Assembly (NCBI RefSeq): GCF_009914755.1
Contig: NC_060940.1
Strand: one strand, 5' to 3'
DNA from: the human T2T-CHM13v2.0 reference genome, Homo sapiens
Length of the DNA: 64,000 nucleotides
Each line of letters opens with the position of its first letter. Position 1 is the first letter of the stretch. This document shows positions 1-18,695 of the stretch, piece after piece. The translations under genes were made by a program, and so were the position numbers. Below the pieces are notes generated by a model. The model was given only the letters and a program-made list of their open reading frames with translations. It was not told where the DNA came from and ran no database searches.

Positions 1-420
1 AATGGTAAGTCACATTTGCTAAGGACTTACTGGGGAGTGTCATGGTTTATGCCATTTAACCTCATGAGGGAGGCACTTATATTTCCCCTATTTTACCGAA
101 GGGTAGCTGAGGCTTGGAGAGACCATATGGCATGCCCATTTTAGCCAGTGAGTGGCCGGGTCTGGAAATAAATCTAGGAGGTGTGTCCTTTAACCACTTT
201 GTAGAACCATTCTCATTATAGTAATGGAGAAAGAACAGAATCTCTTATGGTGACTTCTAGGACTAAGGGCACATAATAAGAGCTGCTATTTGGGGAATAT
301 GTCTATAAACCTGGGAGTTATAAAGTAGGGTGAGAAATGGGGGTGCATTATGATGTTATCTGAGAGGGACTTGGAATTCACATCATCTACAATTTTGGAC
401 AGATGTCTTTCTGCAAGCCT

Positions 421-731
421 TATTTTTTTTTTTTTTTTTTTTTTTTGACAGAGTCTGGCTCAGTCACCCAGGCTGGAGTGCAGTGGTGCAATTATAGGTC
501 ATTGCAGCCTCTAACTCCTGGGTTCAAGTGATCCTCCTACATCAGCCTTCTAAGTAGCTGGGCTACAGGTGCATGCCACCACACCTGGCTAATTTAAGAA
601 GTAAAATTTTTATAGAGATGGGATCACACTATATTGCCCAGGCTGGTCTTGAACTCCTGGTCCTTAATCAGTCCCCCTGCCTTGGCCTCCCAATATGCTG
701 GGATTACAGGCATGAGCCACCACGTCTGGCC
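421..731 (-). mobile_element. Alu (AluJ-like)
   Basis: Poly-T, then reverse Alu dimer ending ...gagccaccacgtctggcc; high divergence and J-type motifs. Confidence 0.9.
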
Positions 732-3579
732 CTTCATGCAAGTTTGATATGCTTTTCCTTCACTGGGGCTTTCTCCCTGAGTATTACCTGAAAGTCAGAA
801 AGGTCCTATGTGGAAGAACCGTTGTATTGCAATTACTGGGGAGCAGAAGGAAAGTGATTTTGGAAAAAGCGTATGTATGGGCTTGGAAACTTTTCCCCAG
901 AACAGAGACCATTTGCAGACTTTTCACTGTGGCCGTTTCTCCCAGTCTTGATAGCCTTTCACACATCTCCAGGGTTATCTTTGCAGTGACTCAGTCATTA
1001 TTCTACAGGCCAGCATGATTTTTCTTAAATTTTCTAAACCTTTTTCCAAACCTTCAATTTTATAAAATGTGACACACATTTTGACTTCTTTTATAAGACC
1101 TAATTCGAATGCCCCCTCCTTTTTGAAGCACTCCATGATTTTTTTCTACTGTCCAGGTATATGCTGTGGTATCGTATTGCACAGTCATTACTCTTTGCCT
1201 GACTGGCCTGGAATTGCCTGTTGACATACAGTTTCCCTGCTGGAATGTGTGAGCTCTCTAAAAAGTGTGGAGTGTATGGCTTGGTTTGTTCATTCTTGAT
1301 TCATCACTTACGTGTGTCTCTAAGTAGCAGCTGCTCAATAAACATTGAAGGGAGGCAGAGACAAGACAGTGCTAAGAAAGGAATGAAGACAATAAGCAAA
1401 AGTTAATTCAAGTACATTTCTACCAAATTTCCGGAACCAGATTCCTAAGCAGTGGAGGCAGAGGAGAATGAAAAGGTAGAGTGGGCCCCGTGCCAATTTC
1501 ATTTCAGAAAACATTCAGAGAGATGCTTCCCTGCGTGGTGTGGTTGCAGAGGGCCCACCTGTACATCTGGGATACCTACAGGCATCCCACCATTCCCGTT
1601 CTTCATAGACTATATGACACATCCCAGTCGTGTTCTATCTTTTACACGCAGCACACACACCGCAATTTTTGCCTTGCTGAGCTTTTAAAACTCTTATTAT
1701 CTCAGATTATGAAGACAAGCTGTGCGGGGTATAGGCATGATCTCAAACTGAGTTAATTGAAGGTGGAGGTCAGTTCAGCTTTCCTGGACCATCAATCAGT
1801 AAAAAGTTTACTTGTTTAATGCACGGAGAGTCAAAGACATGCTGCAGGCCCCACCATCCCTTCCCTTCTGGCCTGTCAGGTAGATGTTAGATTTCACTGA
1901 GCTGTTAAAAATCTTAATGGATCCCACTGAGCTGTTTCAGGTTGTTTGTGACAATCACTTAATTTCCTTGTTTTGCAGCTAACAATGATTTTAATCTTCA
2001 TTTCAGATTAACCACATAAAGCCTCAGTGTCCTTTTCTCCCGTTGTCTTGCCTGCTTCAACTCTGCAGTCGATGAAAGGGAGAACTCTTTCCCTTTCTCT
2101 TCAGCAGAGCCTGAAAAAAATGTACCTTCAGCAAAATTATAGATGCAGTAATTTCTCATATATGTTAAAAATGCACAGTAGCAAAGACTGGAAATCCAGC
2201 AAAGTAGTAGTAGCAATTGCCTCCAGGTGGTTAGAGTGTGGGGAGATTTTTTTTTCCCTACCTCTTTCATTTTTTATTTTTTTACACTTTCAACATTTTC
2301 TGTGATGCACTTTATAATTTTTACAATAAGAAAATGTAAATTAAAGAATTGGTGTTTCTGAATCAAGGATGAACAAAGAAAATGTAGTCTTTTGAAGAGA
2401 TGTTAAGCCAGATATTTTTCTACTTTAAAGGGTGGAGAAAAACCACATCGGGATAAAAGAGTGAGGCTGCAGAATTAGCTTGCAACTTGAAGGATGGGCC
2501 CTATTACAGATAATGCTGCTGACAGCCTCAGTTCATCACGTTTCTCATTTTTAGTGTATTGGTGTTTGCTCATATGAAAGTTCCCAGCTTGTGCTACTAA
2601 TTATTTCATCACCATTCACTTGTACAATTGACAGCCTTTGAACCAATATCACTGCAGAGACCAGAGAAATGATTCTGAGAGAGATGATTCAAGAGGCAAA
2701 GATTGGGGAAATGAAGAAGACTTATTTGGCACTCTCTGAGTGCTTTATGTGTGGGATGAGGGTGACATAGTGCAAGGAGTAAATAGTGTTGTCATTTTAA
2801 AAGGCTAGACCTGCATCAAAGGGCACTTACTGTAAGCCTGAAAGTGGGTGGACTGAAGGGCTCTTTCTTCCAATGGCCCCTTGTTGCAGCGTGAACATCT
2901 CCCATCTTTATATTGTGATGGCACTATTCCTCAATGGCTAATTGCTAGGCAATAGAAGACATAATTTAGACTCCAATTTGTAAGTCAATCACATGAAGGC
3001 TGGATGTGAGCAAGCTTGGAGATAAATGAACCGTGGTGTAAACAAGAGAGGCCCAGAGGCTTCTTGATCCAATTTCAGGAATCCCAGGCTACCCTGATGC
3101 GTTGGTTGAGATTACATCCTCTCCTTCGGGAGGGGACAGAGGGCAGCCCGCATCTCTGCTCTTCCATCTGGAGCCGCTCTCTATGGGAGAAGGAGTCTTG
3201 AGCCCTTTGTTGGCTGTTGATTTGATTTTTAAAAGGAAAATCTGACAAATCATGTTGAATGAGAAAAGCGTATTATGTGAACGTAAAAACGTTTGCACAT
3301 CTGAGGACCACGCGATTTTATTCAAGGAAGTTCTACCTTTAAGGAGGTTATGAATTCTGAATCAGAATTTTGTCGTCAGGGGAATGCTTCTTAGAAGGAA
3401 GGAAATGTACTTTTTAACAAGATTTTCAGCAAACGTTGACACATTCATTATGGCCATGAGCATGGAGGTGGCTCAAATATATTTTGCATAATGTGGAAAT
3501 AATATTGCATTCTATTTGTTCCTGCCTCCTAGCGTCACCACGAATGACAATGGCACAGAAGAAAACATGGGTGCTTTAG

Positions 3580-4124
<545 letters not shown>

Positions 4125-4132
4125 ACCTCTCC

Positions 4133-5525
<1,393 letters not shown>

Positions 5526-5860
5526 GGAAGTATGTCAAGTATGTCTTCCTACACAGGGGAGCAGAGAAAGACCAAGAGCAAGACACAGTGGAGGAGCAGC
5601 ACTGATGGAGAGACATGCCCCAGAGGACGTGGGGAGGTGTAGGAATCCCAGCCGCCAGATGAGAGTTCAGCTACGACGCAGCACTGCAGGCCCAGGAAGG
5701 CCATGGTCCAGAGGGAATCAGAACAGAAGAGAAATGAGGAGCCCAGATAAGAGATCCACCCTGAATCCTAGTAACACACAGAGGGCGGGGAGCTCCGGTC
5801 TTGAGGCTAGGAAACAGTCTTGCATTTGGGCAAGTTGTCCTTGTATGAAGTGCCAGTTGT

Positions 5861-6212
<352 letters not shown>

Positions 6213-6298
6213 CTAAGCTGTCTGGCAACTTGGAGGACAAGTATCAAAGATAAATTGAGATTATGTCTCATTCCACTGGGTGCTTCCATTATAATATT

Positions 6299-6491
6299 GC
6301 AGTGGTTATCAATAGGCAGTAATCCCGTGTCCCCTGGAGGACATCTAACCATGTATGGAAACATTTCTAAACATTAAAAGTGAAGGAAAGGGGCTCCAGG
6401 AATGCTACTGCTCAGCATCTTTCAGGACAGCCCTCACTTTAAAGAATTATCCAACTTCACTTGTTAATAGTGCTGAGGTTGAGAAACCCTA
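6299..6491. mobile_element. MER20-like hAT fossil
   Basis: cagtggtt..caa start; caggacagccc..aagaattatcc..aatagtgctgaggttgagaaaccct end. Confidence 0.75.
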
Positions 6492-6508
6492 GTACATCTT
6501 AAGAGCAC

Positions 6509-6516
6509 TGTGTGTG

Positions 6517-6548
<32 letters not shown>
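6509..6548. repeat. (TG)n microsatellite
   Basis: Direct reading. Confidence 0.95.
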
Positions 6549-6574
6549 AACGTGGGGAGATAATTATAACTTTG

Positions 6575-7030
6575 TAAAGATGGATCTACAAGGATGTTCA
6601 CTGCAGCATTGTTTACAGGGCTAAAAGCATAAGCAACCTCAATGTTCAACTATAGGGATGTGGAAAGACATGTAATAATTCCTCTTCTAAGATGAAATGA
6701 CGTTGCAACCATGGTAAATAATGCCTTAGGTTAAGGTTCAATGGGATGGAAGAGTGTTCCTGAGATGCTATTAAATGGAAACAAACAAGTTATACAACAC
6801 TATTTGCACTATGTTTTACTTTCGTTTTGAAAAGGCTATCTATAGATATTTGTATTTATTGCATCTAAGTCGACATACCAAACAGAATACAGGAAAAAAT
6901 ACTCTACAATATTATTATTACTTGGATATTGAAGATGTGGATGAACTAAATATTTTCACTATGTGTTGTTTAATATCTTTGCAGATTTCCACAAATAATT
7001 TATTTGACTTTAATAATAAGGATGAAACAA
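6575..7030 (+). mobile_element. Ancient L1M 3' fragment
   Basis: gatgttcactgcagcattgttt..gcaacctcaatgttca L1 motif. Confidence 0.55.
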
Positions 7031-7974
7031 CTTTATACCTTTTAGTAATATTATTTTTCAAAGCATGGAGCTGAAATCTGAGTAGATAGAGGAACCAGGA
7101 TTTTCTGTCCTGGGTTGATTTTTTAGCCAGAATCTACTTCCATATGCAGACAGGAAGGAGAGTATGGTCAACAGGTATGAAGTTTGGGGAGGGTAACATT
7201 GGGCTCTCACTTTAAGCATTGATAGCTAAGCTGAAGGAGGAATACTCTAAAATCATTGTCTTCTCATTTAAATGCTCTTGATCAAATTAACAGCCTCTCC
7301 TGAATATTCCAATTATATTAAAAATGGCAGTAGTGTTCAATTTGCCTTCTGCACACCCCCTACCCAACCTCTCACCATTTCTGTGGGCTTGGGATTAGGC
7401 GGTGCTGTGTTGTGTATAAGGGTCAGTCTTATAGGGCAGGAGCCTGGGCTAATAGAAAGACTGTGACTTCATGTTCCTACCAAAGAAAAACAAGTTTATC
7501 TACTGTATGTGGTTTATCACTATTTTTTTTTTGTGAAGAAAATTGTTTGTTTTGAAAACAGTTTGATGGACTTTGTAGGCATTTCTGTGGGGAAGATTTG
7601 TATTGCCTGGTTTATTCTGTGGATCTAATTCATACACACACACACACGAACGTTTTGATAGAGTTTGCAGAGTTTGCTTCTGTTTCAGAAGGTTTAAAAT
7701 TTCTTTTATTCAGGGAGAAAGAGTTTAATCACCATTACTCTTTTTACCTTTTTATGGAGGGAAAATTTACATAGCATAATGTCAATCATTGTCAAGTGTA
7801 CAATTCCGTGGTATTTAGTACATTAGCTTCCCAAAAAGAATCCCATGCCTATTAAGCAACCCCTCCCCATTTACCCCTCCCCCAGCCCCTGGCTACCACT
7901 AGGTACACCTCATCTATTTAATGTTACTGAATTGTAGAATCTTGTTGGCATTTTACTTTCTATTGTAGCTAGCT

Positions 7975-8588
<614 letters not shown>

Positions 8589-9739
8589 TCAGAAAGACCG
8601 GCAGAGAGGCCCCTATACCCCCATTGAGACAGAAGCAATTTGAAAGAACTGTTCTGAAATTTCAAAAGTGTCTCATCATCCAGAGAATGAAAAAAGGAAA
8701 GTAGGTTAGACCTGTCTTGACCTCTGCAAATTCCTGCCACATGTCTCCTGGGTTCTGCCCATAGCAGGCTCTAGCTCTCAGTGGTGTAAACTTCTTGAGC
8801 ATTTGGGGGTCACGCTGTCATCCCTGGAGTCCTTTCGTTAATGTCCTGAAACCAACTCTCCATCAGTGTTTTGCCTTTTCAGTATTCTATCTCGCTGTAT
8901 AATTGAGTTTCTGTGATTCCAATGCAGACTATGGCATGAACTCCTGTGTGTCTAGTTATTATAGATTAGCCCTGCTGATATTATGAGGTAGGGAAGGGTT
9001 GATATGCTGTAGAGTGACACAGAAACCCGATAACAATGGGAAAAGAGAGTTTCATATAAATCTTCTTAAGTATAGTATTTCCATATTAAATGTTATAAAG
9101 TGAAGGTCTGGCTGCATTGATAATGTGCCCTCTGCTGATGGAATGTGCTTCTGCCCTCTTGGCAGGCTTCCTGTGGATCCTAGGTGATAAAAGCCGTCCA
9201 GAGTATTTCTTCATTATCATCGTCATCTTATGTTTACATTATTCTCCTTGTCACTGAGAACTCCAGACCCCAGTCTATAGGAAACGGTTCCCACATTGTT
9301 GAAATATGGCTGGTGGTACAGGGAGTAGTTCTGAACGCTGAGCATGGCCTCATTTGGAATATTTTATGCAATGAAAGTGCCGGTGAGAATTTAGACAGCA
9401 AAGCTTACCAGTATGAAGCAGAAAAAGGCAAAATAAAGAGGCGTATGTATGGACATTGCATTCATGCATTTGTGCCCAATGGTGTTGAATTCTCCTTACA
9501 CCTTAATGAAAGAGTAAAAATGTTGAGGAGGACGTGGAGCTGCCAAGTAAGGTGGATTATTTTTTGCAAACAATTGTATTACCATTATGATATAATGTAT
9601 TACTAGTATGATATAATTCTATCTGCCATGATGTGATATGATTTATAATGATTTAAACAGTTGTATTATCAGTGTGATACAATGGTAGGATGATACTATA
9701 AAGAGATAGTGATTTCAGAGTATTGCACAACCTCTGAAG

Positions 9740-10285
<546 letters not shown>

Positions 10286-10419
10286 AAGTTCATGTACTGA
10301 AACCTTCAATAAAAGCAGTATTTACTGGGTGGAATACAAAACTAATGTATGTGTATGTAGTTTATTTATATTGTAATTTTTTATTCTGTATAATAGAGGC
10401 ATATTCTGTTATTAAGGAA

Positions 10420-10590
10420 GTAACTTGTGCTTTCTGTGCCTTGATTTTCTCATCTGTAAAATGGAAGTAATTCTGTTACTTTATAGGGTTGTTATGGTGA
10501 TTCTAGGAATTAATGTATGTAAAGTACTTAACACACACTGGATAATAAGCTTGCTGTCATCATCACCATCATTGCTGTTACTATTATCTA
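10420..10590 (+). mobile_element. MIR fragment
   Basis: ttttctcatctgtaaaatgg core. Confidence 0.7.
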
Positions 10591-11469
10591 AAAGCAGCTC
10601 ACGTCCTGAAATCTACAGTGAGAAGAATATTCACTGGGCTACGTAAACAAAATATACATGCTCATCTATATAGTTCTTTGATATAATCATTTTTATTCTA
10701 TATAATACAAGAAGTTCAATTTTTGAGTCAAAATGGCAATGGGAAGTCTAAATTAATTCAACACACAAACGAGGCTGTGATTGTTTGTTTTACTAGAGAT
10801 TTATTAGCTTTATCAAAGTATCGTGTAGGAAGTAGTAAAGCGTATTCTTAGATCACAGCGCATTTGAGATGTGGTTGGGTTTATGGACCTGCGGCGTGCA
10901 CAGACTTGTCTGGGAGGTGCACATTCGGTGACATGCACCTGCTCTGTGCTGTTTCCTGGAAGAGGAGAAGGTGCGCCCCTCCCACTGATTAGGCAGGCAT
11001 CCTTGTGTGGGGGATTAAGGAGCATATTCAGTTATTAGCTGTGAAATGTCGTGGCTGCCTCTGCATTGCCAGCTGTGATTGGTGCTGGATTTTAATTATC
11101 ATCAAGCAAGTTCCAAATGTTTGAAATGTGTCTGTGGAGAGAGCTTTGGTGGAGAGTGGGAGAAAAGGTCTTGATGAAGGAGCAAAACCTTGGCATCAGC
11201 CGTGCACACGGCCCTGGGATCTTTGCCAGCTCCCCACCACTGCTGCTGCAGGGTTTCTTGTTGACCCTAGGGGCTAGCCCCTTCCATTATAGAATAACAA
11301 CAGTTGTCAGAAAGCCATTTCTCATATTTACCCAACATTCACTTTTCTATAGATCCTAAAGGCCCTGGTATTTTCTCAGGTGCAATGCAGATGATTCTTC
11401 ATTCATTCATCCATGTGCACCTCTTTGTCTGTTTGTTCCTTGTTCAATAAATATTATGTCAATGCCTGC

Positions 11470-12135
11470 TGATATGGTTTGGCTGTGTCCCCACCCAAAT
11501 CTCATTTTGAAATGTAATAATCCCCATGTGTCAAGGGTGGGGCCAGGTGGAGATAATTGAATCATGGGGGCAGTTTCCGCCCTACTCTTCTCATGGGAGT
11601 GAATAAGTCTCATGAGATCTGATGGTTTTATAAATGGGAATTCTCCTGCACAAGCTCTCTTGCCTGCTGCCATGTAAGATGTGTCTTGCTTTCCCCTTTG
11701 TCTTTCGTCATGAATGTGAACTGTGAGCCAATTGCACCTCTTTCCTGCCCAGCGTGGTGGCTCATACCTGTAATCCCAGCACTTTGGGAGGCCGAGGTGG
11801 GTGAATCACCTGAGGTCAGGAGTTCAAGTCCAGTCTGACCAACATAGTGAAACCCCCTCTCTACTAAAAATACAAAATTAGCCAGGTATGGTGACACATG
11901 CCTGTAATCCCAGCTACTTGGGAGGCTGGGGCAGGAGAATTACTTGAACCCAGGTGGTGGAGGTTGTAGTGAGCCTAGATCACGTCACTGCATTCCAGCC
12001 TGGGCAACAAGAGCGAAACTCCATCTCAAGAAGAAAAAAAAAAAACAGAAAAACAAACAGAAAAAGTCTTTCCTTTATAATAATTACCCAGTCCCAGGTA
12101 TGTCTTTATTAGCGGCATGAGAACAGACTAATACA
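11470..12135 (+). mobile_element. THE1 (THE1C-like) solo LTR split by an Alu
   Basis: tgatatggtttggctgtgtcccc...gactaataca; TSD cctgc/cctac. Confidence 0.9.
11747..12065 (+). mobile_element. Alu (AluSq-like) inside THE1
   Basis: gggcaacaagagcgaaactcc; TSD tctttcct at 11739-11746 and 12067-12074. Confidence 0.92.
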
Positions 12136-12755
12136 CCTACTGTGTGCTGGCTGAGGTTCTCAACGTTGTGCTGGGCACCAGGGAATATAAAACAGTAAGA
12201 CTCAGTCTCTCCTCTTGAGGAGCTCAGAATGGATGTGGCCGGGGAATGACAAAATGCTATGATGTACAAATGTGAACAATTAGAATTTGTACAAAGAAAG
12301 GAAGTTTGGATTAATGCTGTCAGAGTGCAAGAGCTTGGGGATTCTTCATGGAAAAGATGATGCCAGAGAAGAGCTTTGAAGAAGGAAAAGGGTGTTTTCT
12401 AGGCAAACTCAAGTGGAGTTGAATTAGGAGAGAAGTGCGAAGACATGACGGATGGATGGAATGACACAGGCCAAAGAATGGAGTTAGGAACGATGTGCTG
12501 TGCTTGGGAGCTGCAAGTTCTGCTGACGGGTGGAGAGTAAGGCCAGGTGTGAGAGGAAACAAGCCAGATGGGGGAGCGGGATGGTCACATAGGCTTTGAA
12601 TGCTGTGATGGGAAGTTTAGACTTTACCTGGCAAGAGGTAGACAACCACCAAATGCTTGGCAACAAGGTTCTATTTGCATTTTAGAAAGGCCACTCTGGC
12701 TGCAGTGTGGATGATAAGTCAGTGGATACAAGATTAAAGGCAGGGAGACTAGTCA

Positions 12756-13188
<433 letters not shown>

Positions 13189-13802
13189 CTATGGCTGTGG
13201 ATGTGGTGCAAAGAGTCAAGAAGGATACCTGCTTCTAGCATAGGTGAGGCAGGTGGATGGCAACAGAGGAAATATGGAAAGAAAAGTCTTTCCACAAGCC
13301 CTGGAAGAGGGAGGGAAAAGGAGCGTTTTGGTGGCATGCAGTGACGGTCCAGCCCACTACCTAAGCCCAGGAAGCGTCACGTGGTACTTCTCAACAGGCA
13401 GACCAGGTATCTGAGTAAATGTCTGCTCAGTTGGCAGGTGTCAGAGAAATCTACAAGCAGATAAAACAGGGGCTCCGAGGGTGTAAATGGTGGGATTTGA
13501 AGGAAGGTGAGTACAAAGATGATGCTGGGGGTAAGTGTGAGATGTGAATGGCATGAGGTCTTGGCAGGTATTACAAGGACTTGGGCACTTAGTCTGAATA
13601 TGATGGGAAGCCAGCCATCACAGGATTTTGAACTTCCAATGGGGTGCTCCTGTAGTCCTGGCTACTTTACCAGCTTTGTGACTTGGAGCAAATCATTCTT
13701 GGTGACTCAGTTTTCTCATCTGTAAAATGGGGCTAACACTGGTCATTTACAGAGTTATTGTGATGATTTAAGGAGTTTATTTATGAACATGTCCAGAAAT
13801 AT

Positions 13803-13819
13803 GCTTGCTTGCTTGCTTG

Positions 13820-13870
<51 letters not shown>

Positions 13871-14174
13871 TTTCTTTTTTGAAATAGAGACAGGGTCATA
13901 TTCTATCACCAAGGCTGTAGTGCCACTGCACGACTATAGCTTATTGTAGCCTCTAACTCCTGAGTTCAACGGAACCTCCTGCCACAGCCTCCCAAGAAGA
14001 TGAGACTATAGGTGCATACCATCAGGCCTTACCTATTTTTGCTTTTTAAATTTTTTGTAAAGATGGGGGTCTGACTAGTTTTCTAGGCTGGTCTTGAATT
14101 CCTGACTTTAAGCAGTCCTCCCACCTGGGCTTCCCAAAGTGCTAGGATTATACGTATGAGCCACGTTGCTCACC
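13803..14174 (-). mobile_element. Alu (AluJ-like) with (TTGC)n(TTTC)n tail, inside a MIR
   Basis: Reverse diverged Alu; tetranucleotide STR 13803-13880; MIR sequence on both sides. Confidence 0.85.
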
Positions 14175-14292
14175 CTGAAAGTGCTCAGAAACATGCTTCA
14201 GGCATAGGTAGTATTTAACAAATTTGCTATTATCGTTTACATTATTTTACCTGAAGCTTGTATCTCAAAATCTTCAATAAGAATAATATTTA

Positions 14293-14903
<611 letters not shown>

Positions 14904-15426
14904 ACAATAACAATATTTAATGAAATAATCATGCTGTCTTACTTGTGAGATGCCATCCTTCGGGCTGTTGATTTGGGAACAGAGAGAAAGTCAGGGGAGA
15001 AAGTCAGGAGCTCAGATGGAAGCCATTGCAGCAGTTCAGGTGGGAGTTGATGCTGCCTTGGCCCCACATGGGGCTATGGATACAGTGAAAAGCAGTCAGG
15101 TGTTGTGTAGGTATAGCTGATGGGAGTTTTTGGCATAGCAAATGAGAAGTCATAGAGAAAGACAAGAGTCAGAAATGAGAAGCAGAGAAGGTTTGCTTCA
15201 TTTCAGCATTATGTTCTGTTGGATGAGCAACTTTTAAAAATGGAGCCACTATTTCAGTTATCACTTCCACCAGACACTGTAGAGCCTCTGTCTTGAAGCC
15301 CCTGACCTGCCCCTGGGTGTAGCCCATCACCTTTCTCATGGGACTCAGACATGAATGCAAGTGTGGGGCCAGAGGCCAGCCTAGGAGTGAGATAGACTCG
15401 CTATTCTCAGAATTTCCCATTCCTCT

Positions 15427-16236
15427 GTATTTCATAGTTTCTCATTGGTGCTGTAACAAATTACCACAAATTCAGTGGCTTAAAGCAAGAACCTTATGAA
15501 CGTATTATCCTCGGGTTCTAGAGATCAGATGTCTGGAAAGAGTTTTAGGGGGATAAAATCCAGGTGTTAGCAGGGCTCAGTTTCTTCCGGAGGCTCCAGG
15601 GAAGAATCTGTTTTCTTGCTTTTTCCTGTTTCTGGGGACTGCCACTTTCCTTGGCTCATGGTCCCTTCCTCCACCCTTCAAAGCACATCACTCCAACCTC
15701 TGCTCCATCATCACACCTCCTTTTCCTCTAGCTCCAACCTCTTTTCATTTTTCTTTTTTTTTTTTTTTTTTGAGATGGGGGTCTCACTCTGTTTCCCATA
15801 CTGGAATATAGTGGCACCATCTCTGCTCACCGTAACCTCCACCTCCCGGGTTCAAGCAATTTCCATGCCTCATCCTCCCAAGTAGCTGGGATTACAGGCA
15901 TGCACCACCAAACCTGGCTAATTTATGTATTTTTCATAGAGATGGGGCTTCACCATGTTGGTCAGGCTGGTCTTGAACTCCTGACCTCAGGTTATCCACC
16001 CACTTTGGCCTCCGAAAATCTTGAGGTTACGGGTGTGAGCCACCGTGCCTGGTCACTTCTAAGGGCACTTGTGATAACATAAGACACACCTGGGTTATCC
16101 GGAATAATCTCCCCAGCTCAATATCCCTAATTACATAACATCTGCAAAGTCCATTTGGCTATGTAAGGTAACACATTCAGAGGTTCTGGAGATGAGGACA
16201 TGGACGTCTTTGAGAAAGGCCTTATTCCTCCTACAT
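15427..16236 (-). mobile_element. MLT1D-like MaLR LTR split by an Alu
   Basis: gctgtaacaaattaccacaaa..ggaggctccagggaagaatc..catctgcaaagtcc..gaggacatggacgtcttt. Confidence 0.8.
15741..16054 (-). mobile_element. Alu (AluS-like)
   Basis: Reverse dimer with T tail. Confidence 0.9.
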
Positions 16237-17179
16237 CTCCAATGGCCAAGGCTTCCTTACTGGCATGGGTTCCTTCCCCAGCTTCCTCTTCTCGATGGCC
16301 ATGAAGGCTCCTCAGCCTTCCTGCAAATAGGCCCATCCCACAGTTTTTCCCCCGTGCCTGACTCTCCCTTAGTCTTGAGCTGAAAGCCCTCATTTGTGAA
16401 CTGTGTATTCATTTAACTCGATTAGCTCATGTATGTAATGCACGTCGCATAGTGCCTGGCACATAGGAAGCAACTTCTAAAATAGAATTCAGTCTATAAA
16501 TATAATTTTGAATCATGGTTCTGTCACTCTGCTTCCAAGCTGACTATGGGTCTGCACCATCTGTAAATATGATAAACACATCTTCTCAGGTCATCCTTTC
16601 CATCATTGATAAAAATGTCCAACTAGACAGAGAACTCTGACATTGCTAACAGCCTATAATCTGTTTATAAGTATTTTATATATTTTTTAGAGAATGACCA
16701 CCTGCATTTCCAATGTATTCTTCTCTTCCAATGATTTGTACCTCATGATCCTTCATTTGGCATTTACTGAGTTATTACTATGTGCTAGGCACCCCAGGAG
16801 GTTAAATGATAAATGACAAACATGAGGCCAGCTTCCAAGGAGCTTGTGAATCATGCTGGAAGATATGTACATATACGTGCACAGCTGTTCCATTTATTAA
16901 CATTCTTTGGATAAATTGATGGATCAGCCCTGAGTCTAAGCTCCAGCCCACATTCCTCATTAATTCCATTAATACTGCAATACACTCAATCTATAGCATT
17001 AGTCAGTCGAAGTGTCTAGGACCTCAAAGGAATGGAAGAGGATTTGCTTGCCATCACTTTTTCGTAGTGAACGCATGTTACCACTGAAGGATCACCTTTA
17101 CTCATTCAGAGTGGTTTCAAGGCACCAATTAGCAAACTGTTGTGTAACAGATGTTTTGTGTCATTGCTAGCACTCATTT

Positions 17180-17510
17180 TGTTATTGTTGTTATTGTTGT
17201 TGTTTTTTGTTTTGTTTTTGTTTTTGAGACAGTGTCTCATTCTGTCGCCCAGGCTGGAGGGCAGTAGTGTGATCTCGGCTCACTGCAGCCTCTGCCTCCC
17301 GCATTAAAGTGATTCTCCTGCCTCAGCCTCCCGAGTAGCTGGGACTATAGGCATGCCATCACACCCAGCTAATTTTTGTATTTCTTTTTCATTAGAGGTG
17401 GGGTTTCCCCATGTTGGCCAGGCTCGCCTTGAACTCCTTACCTTCGGTGATCCACTTGCCTTGTCCTCTGAAAGTTCTGGGATTACAGGTGTGAGCCACC
17501 ATGCCTGGCC
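17180..17510 (-). mobile_element. Alu (AluSx/Sz-like) with (TTG)n tail
   Basis: Reverse dimer. Confidence 0.9.
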
Positions 17511-18529
17511 AGTATTCGTTTTATATAGCATCTACCCCCAGCAAGATTTATAGACACTGGGGCATTTACCCATTTCCAAGTGGTTTGCCTTCTCTTCAGT
17601 TACCTATAATCACTGCATCTAATTCTGAAATCATAATGTTTGCAAGATTTTATGGCACCTGGGACACAATTGATTGGGGTCTAGATTGTTCATTTTAATC
17701 AAAGTAGGAGCTGGTGCCTATGTGGTAGTCAAACAGTAGATGGACTTATCTCACATGTGCCATTCATCAAATTCCAATGTTCCATACATTTATGAATGAT
17801 CTGTGACACACACCATGACTTCTGTTGCATCGTTTTCCCACCACGAACTTCACTTAGCATGTGATGGTTTTTCATTCTTCTCTTTGTTGTTTGGAGGTCA
17901 TTCTCTTGGGGCAAAAGTTAAAAGTCAAGTTAGAAATGGTTAAAATCTGCATTTTCAACACATTGGAGAAAAACTCTGGCTCCTGGAAACAGAATGAGGA
18001 AAGCATGAAAATGTGGTGAATACTTTAAAAAAGAAATATGCATTTTCTCTTCTGGTTAAAAAGATAAATGCAGCTCAATACAGTTAAGTAAATGTTATAC
18101 CTGCTTTAAGGGTGATATTGACCATGGGAATGCAAGAGCTACCCGAATTAAAAATGGCTGTTGGAATGGTAATGCAGTATCTTGAATTACCAGTGAAATT
18201 ACTTTTCCTCCTCTTAATGCCTTTTCTCTGTTAGTATATTTTATACCACCAATAGCCATAAGCACATAAATACCTGGAAGATTCAGTCCTGTCCTGTGCT
18301 AGGCTCTTGCTCAGAAAACAGGTATTTAATTCCCTTATACATGATACAGACCAAATTGCAGTTGTTGTAAAACATGCTGTGAACAATTTTGACAGTATCC
18401 TGCCTGGTTTTTCTTCACTTTTTTTTTTTTTTTTTTTTGCCTTAAAAAGTTTTATTTCACATATAGGTCCAAGTTGAAATATTATTTTTTCTGGGGGGAA
18501 AAATTACCACCCCAAGCCCAGTTTCTTCT

Positions 18530-18695
18530 CAACACTTACTGTCTTTATAATTAATTAATTTGTTGATGATTTTTCTGTCAATACCCCAATGGACTGTAAG
18601 TTACATAAGGAAAGCCATGATAATTTGTATCCCCAAACCAAACACAGTTTCCGAGATGTAGTAGTAACTCAGTGATTATTTGTTGGATGAATGAA
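18530..18695 (+). mobile_element. L2 3' end
   Basis: gactgtaag..tttgtatcccc..atttgttggatgaatgaa terminus. Confidence 0.6.

Noticed and set aside
1860-1890. Other AG|GT juxtapositions (cag|gtagat here; tag|gtatta ~33522; tag|gtataa ~52309)
   Set aside because: Weaker donor or pyrimidine tract; expected by chance
9184-9606. 140-aa ORF in unique sequence
   Set aside because: GTG start, no recognisable protein family, no convincing flanking splice pair
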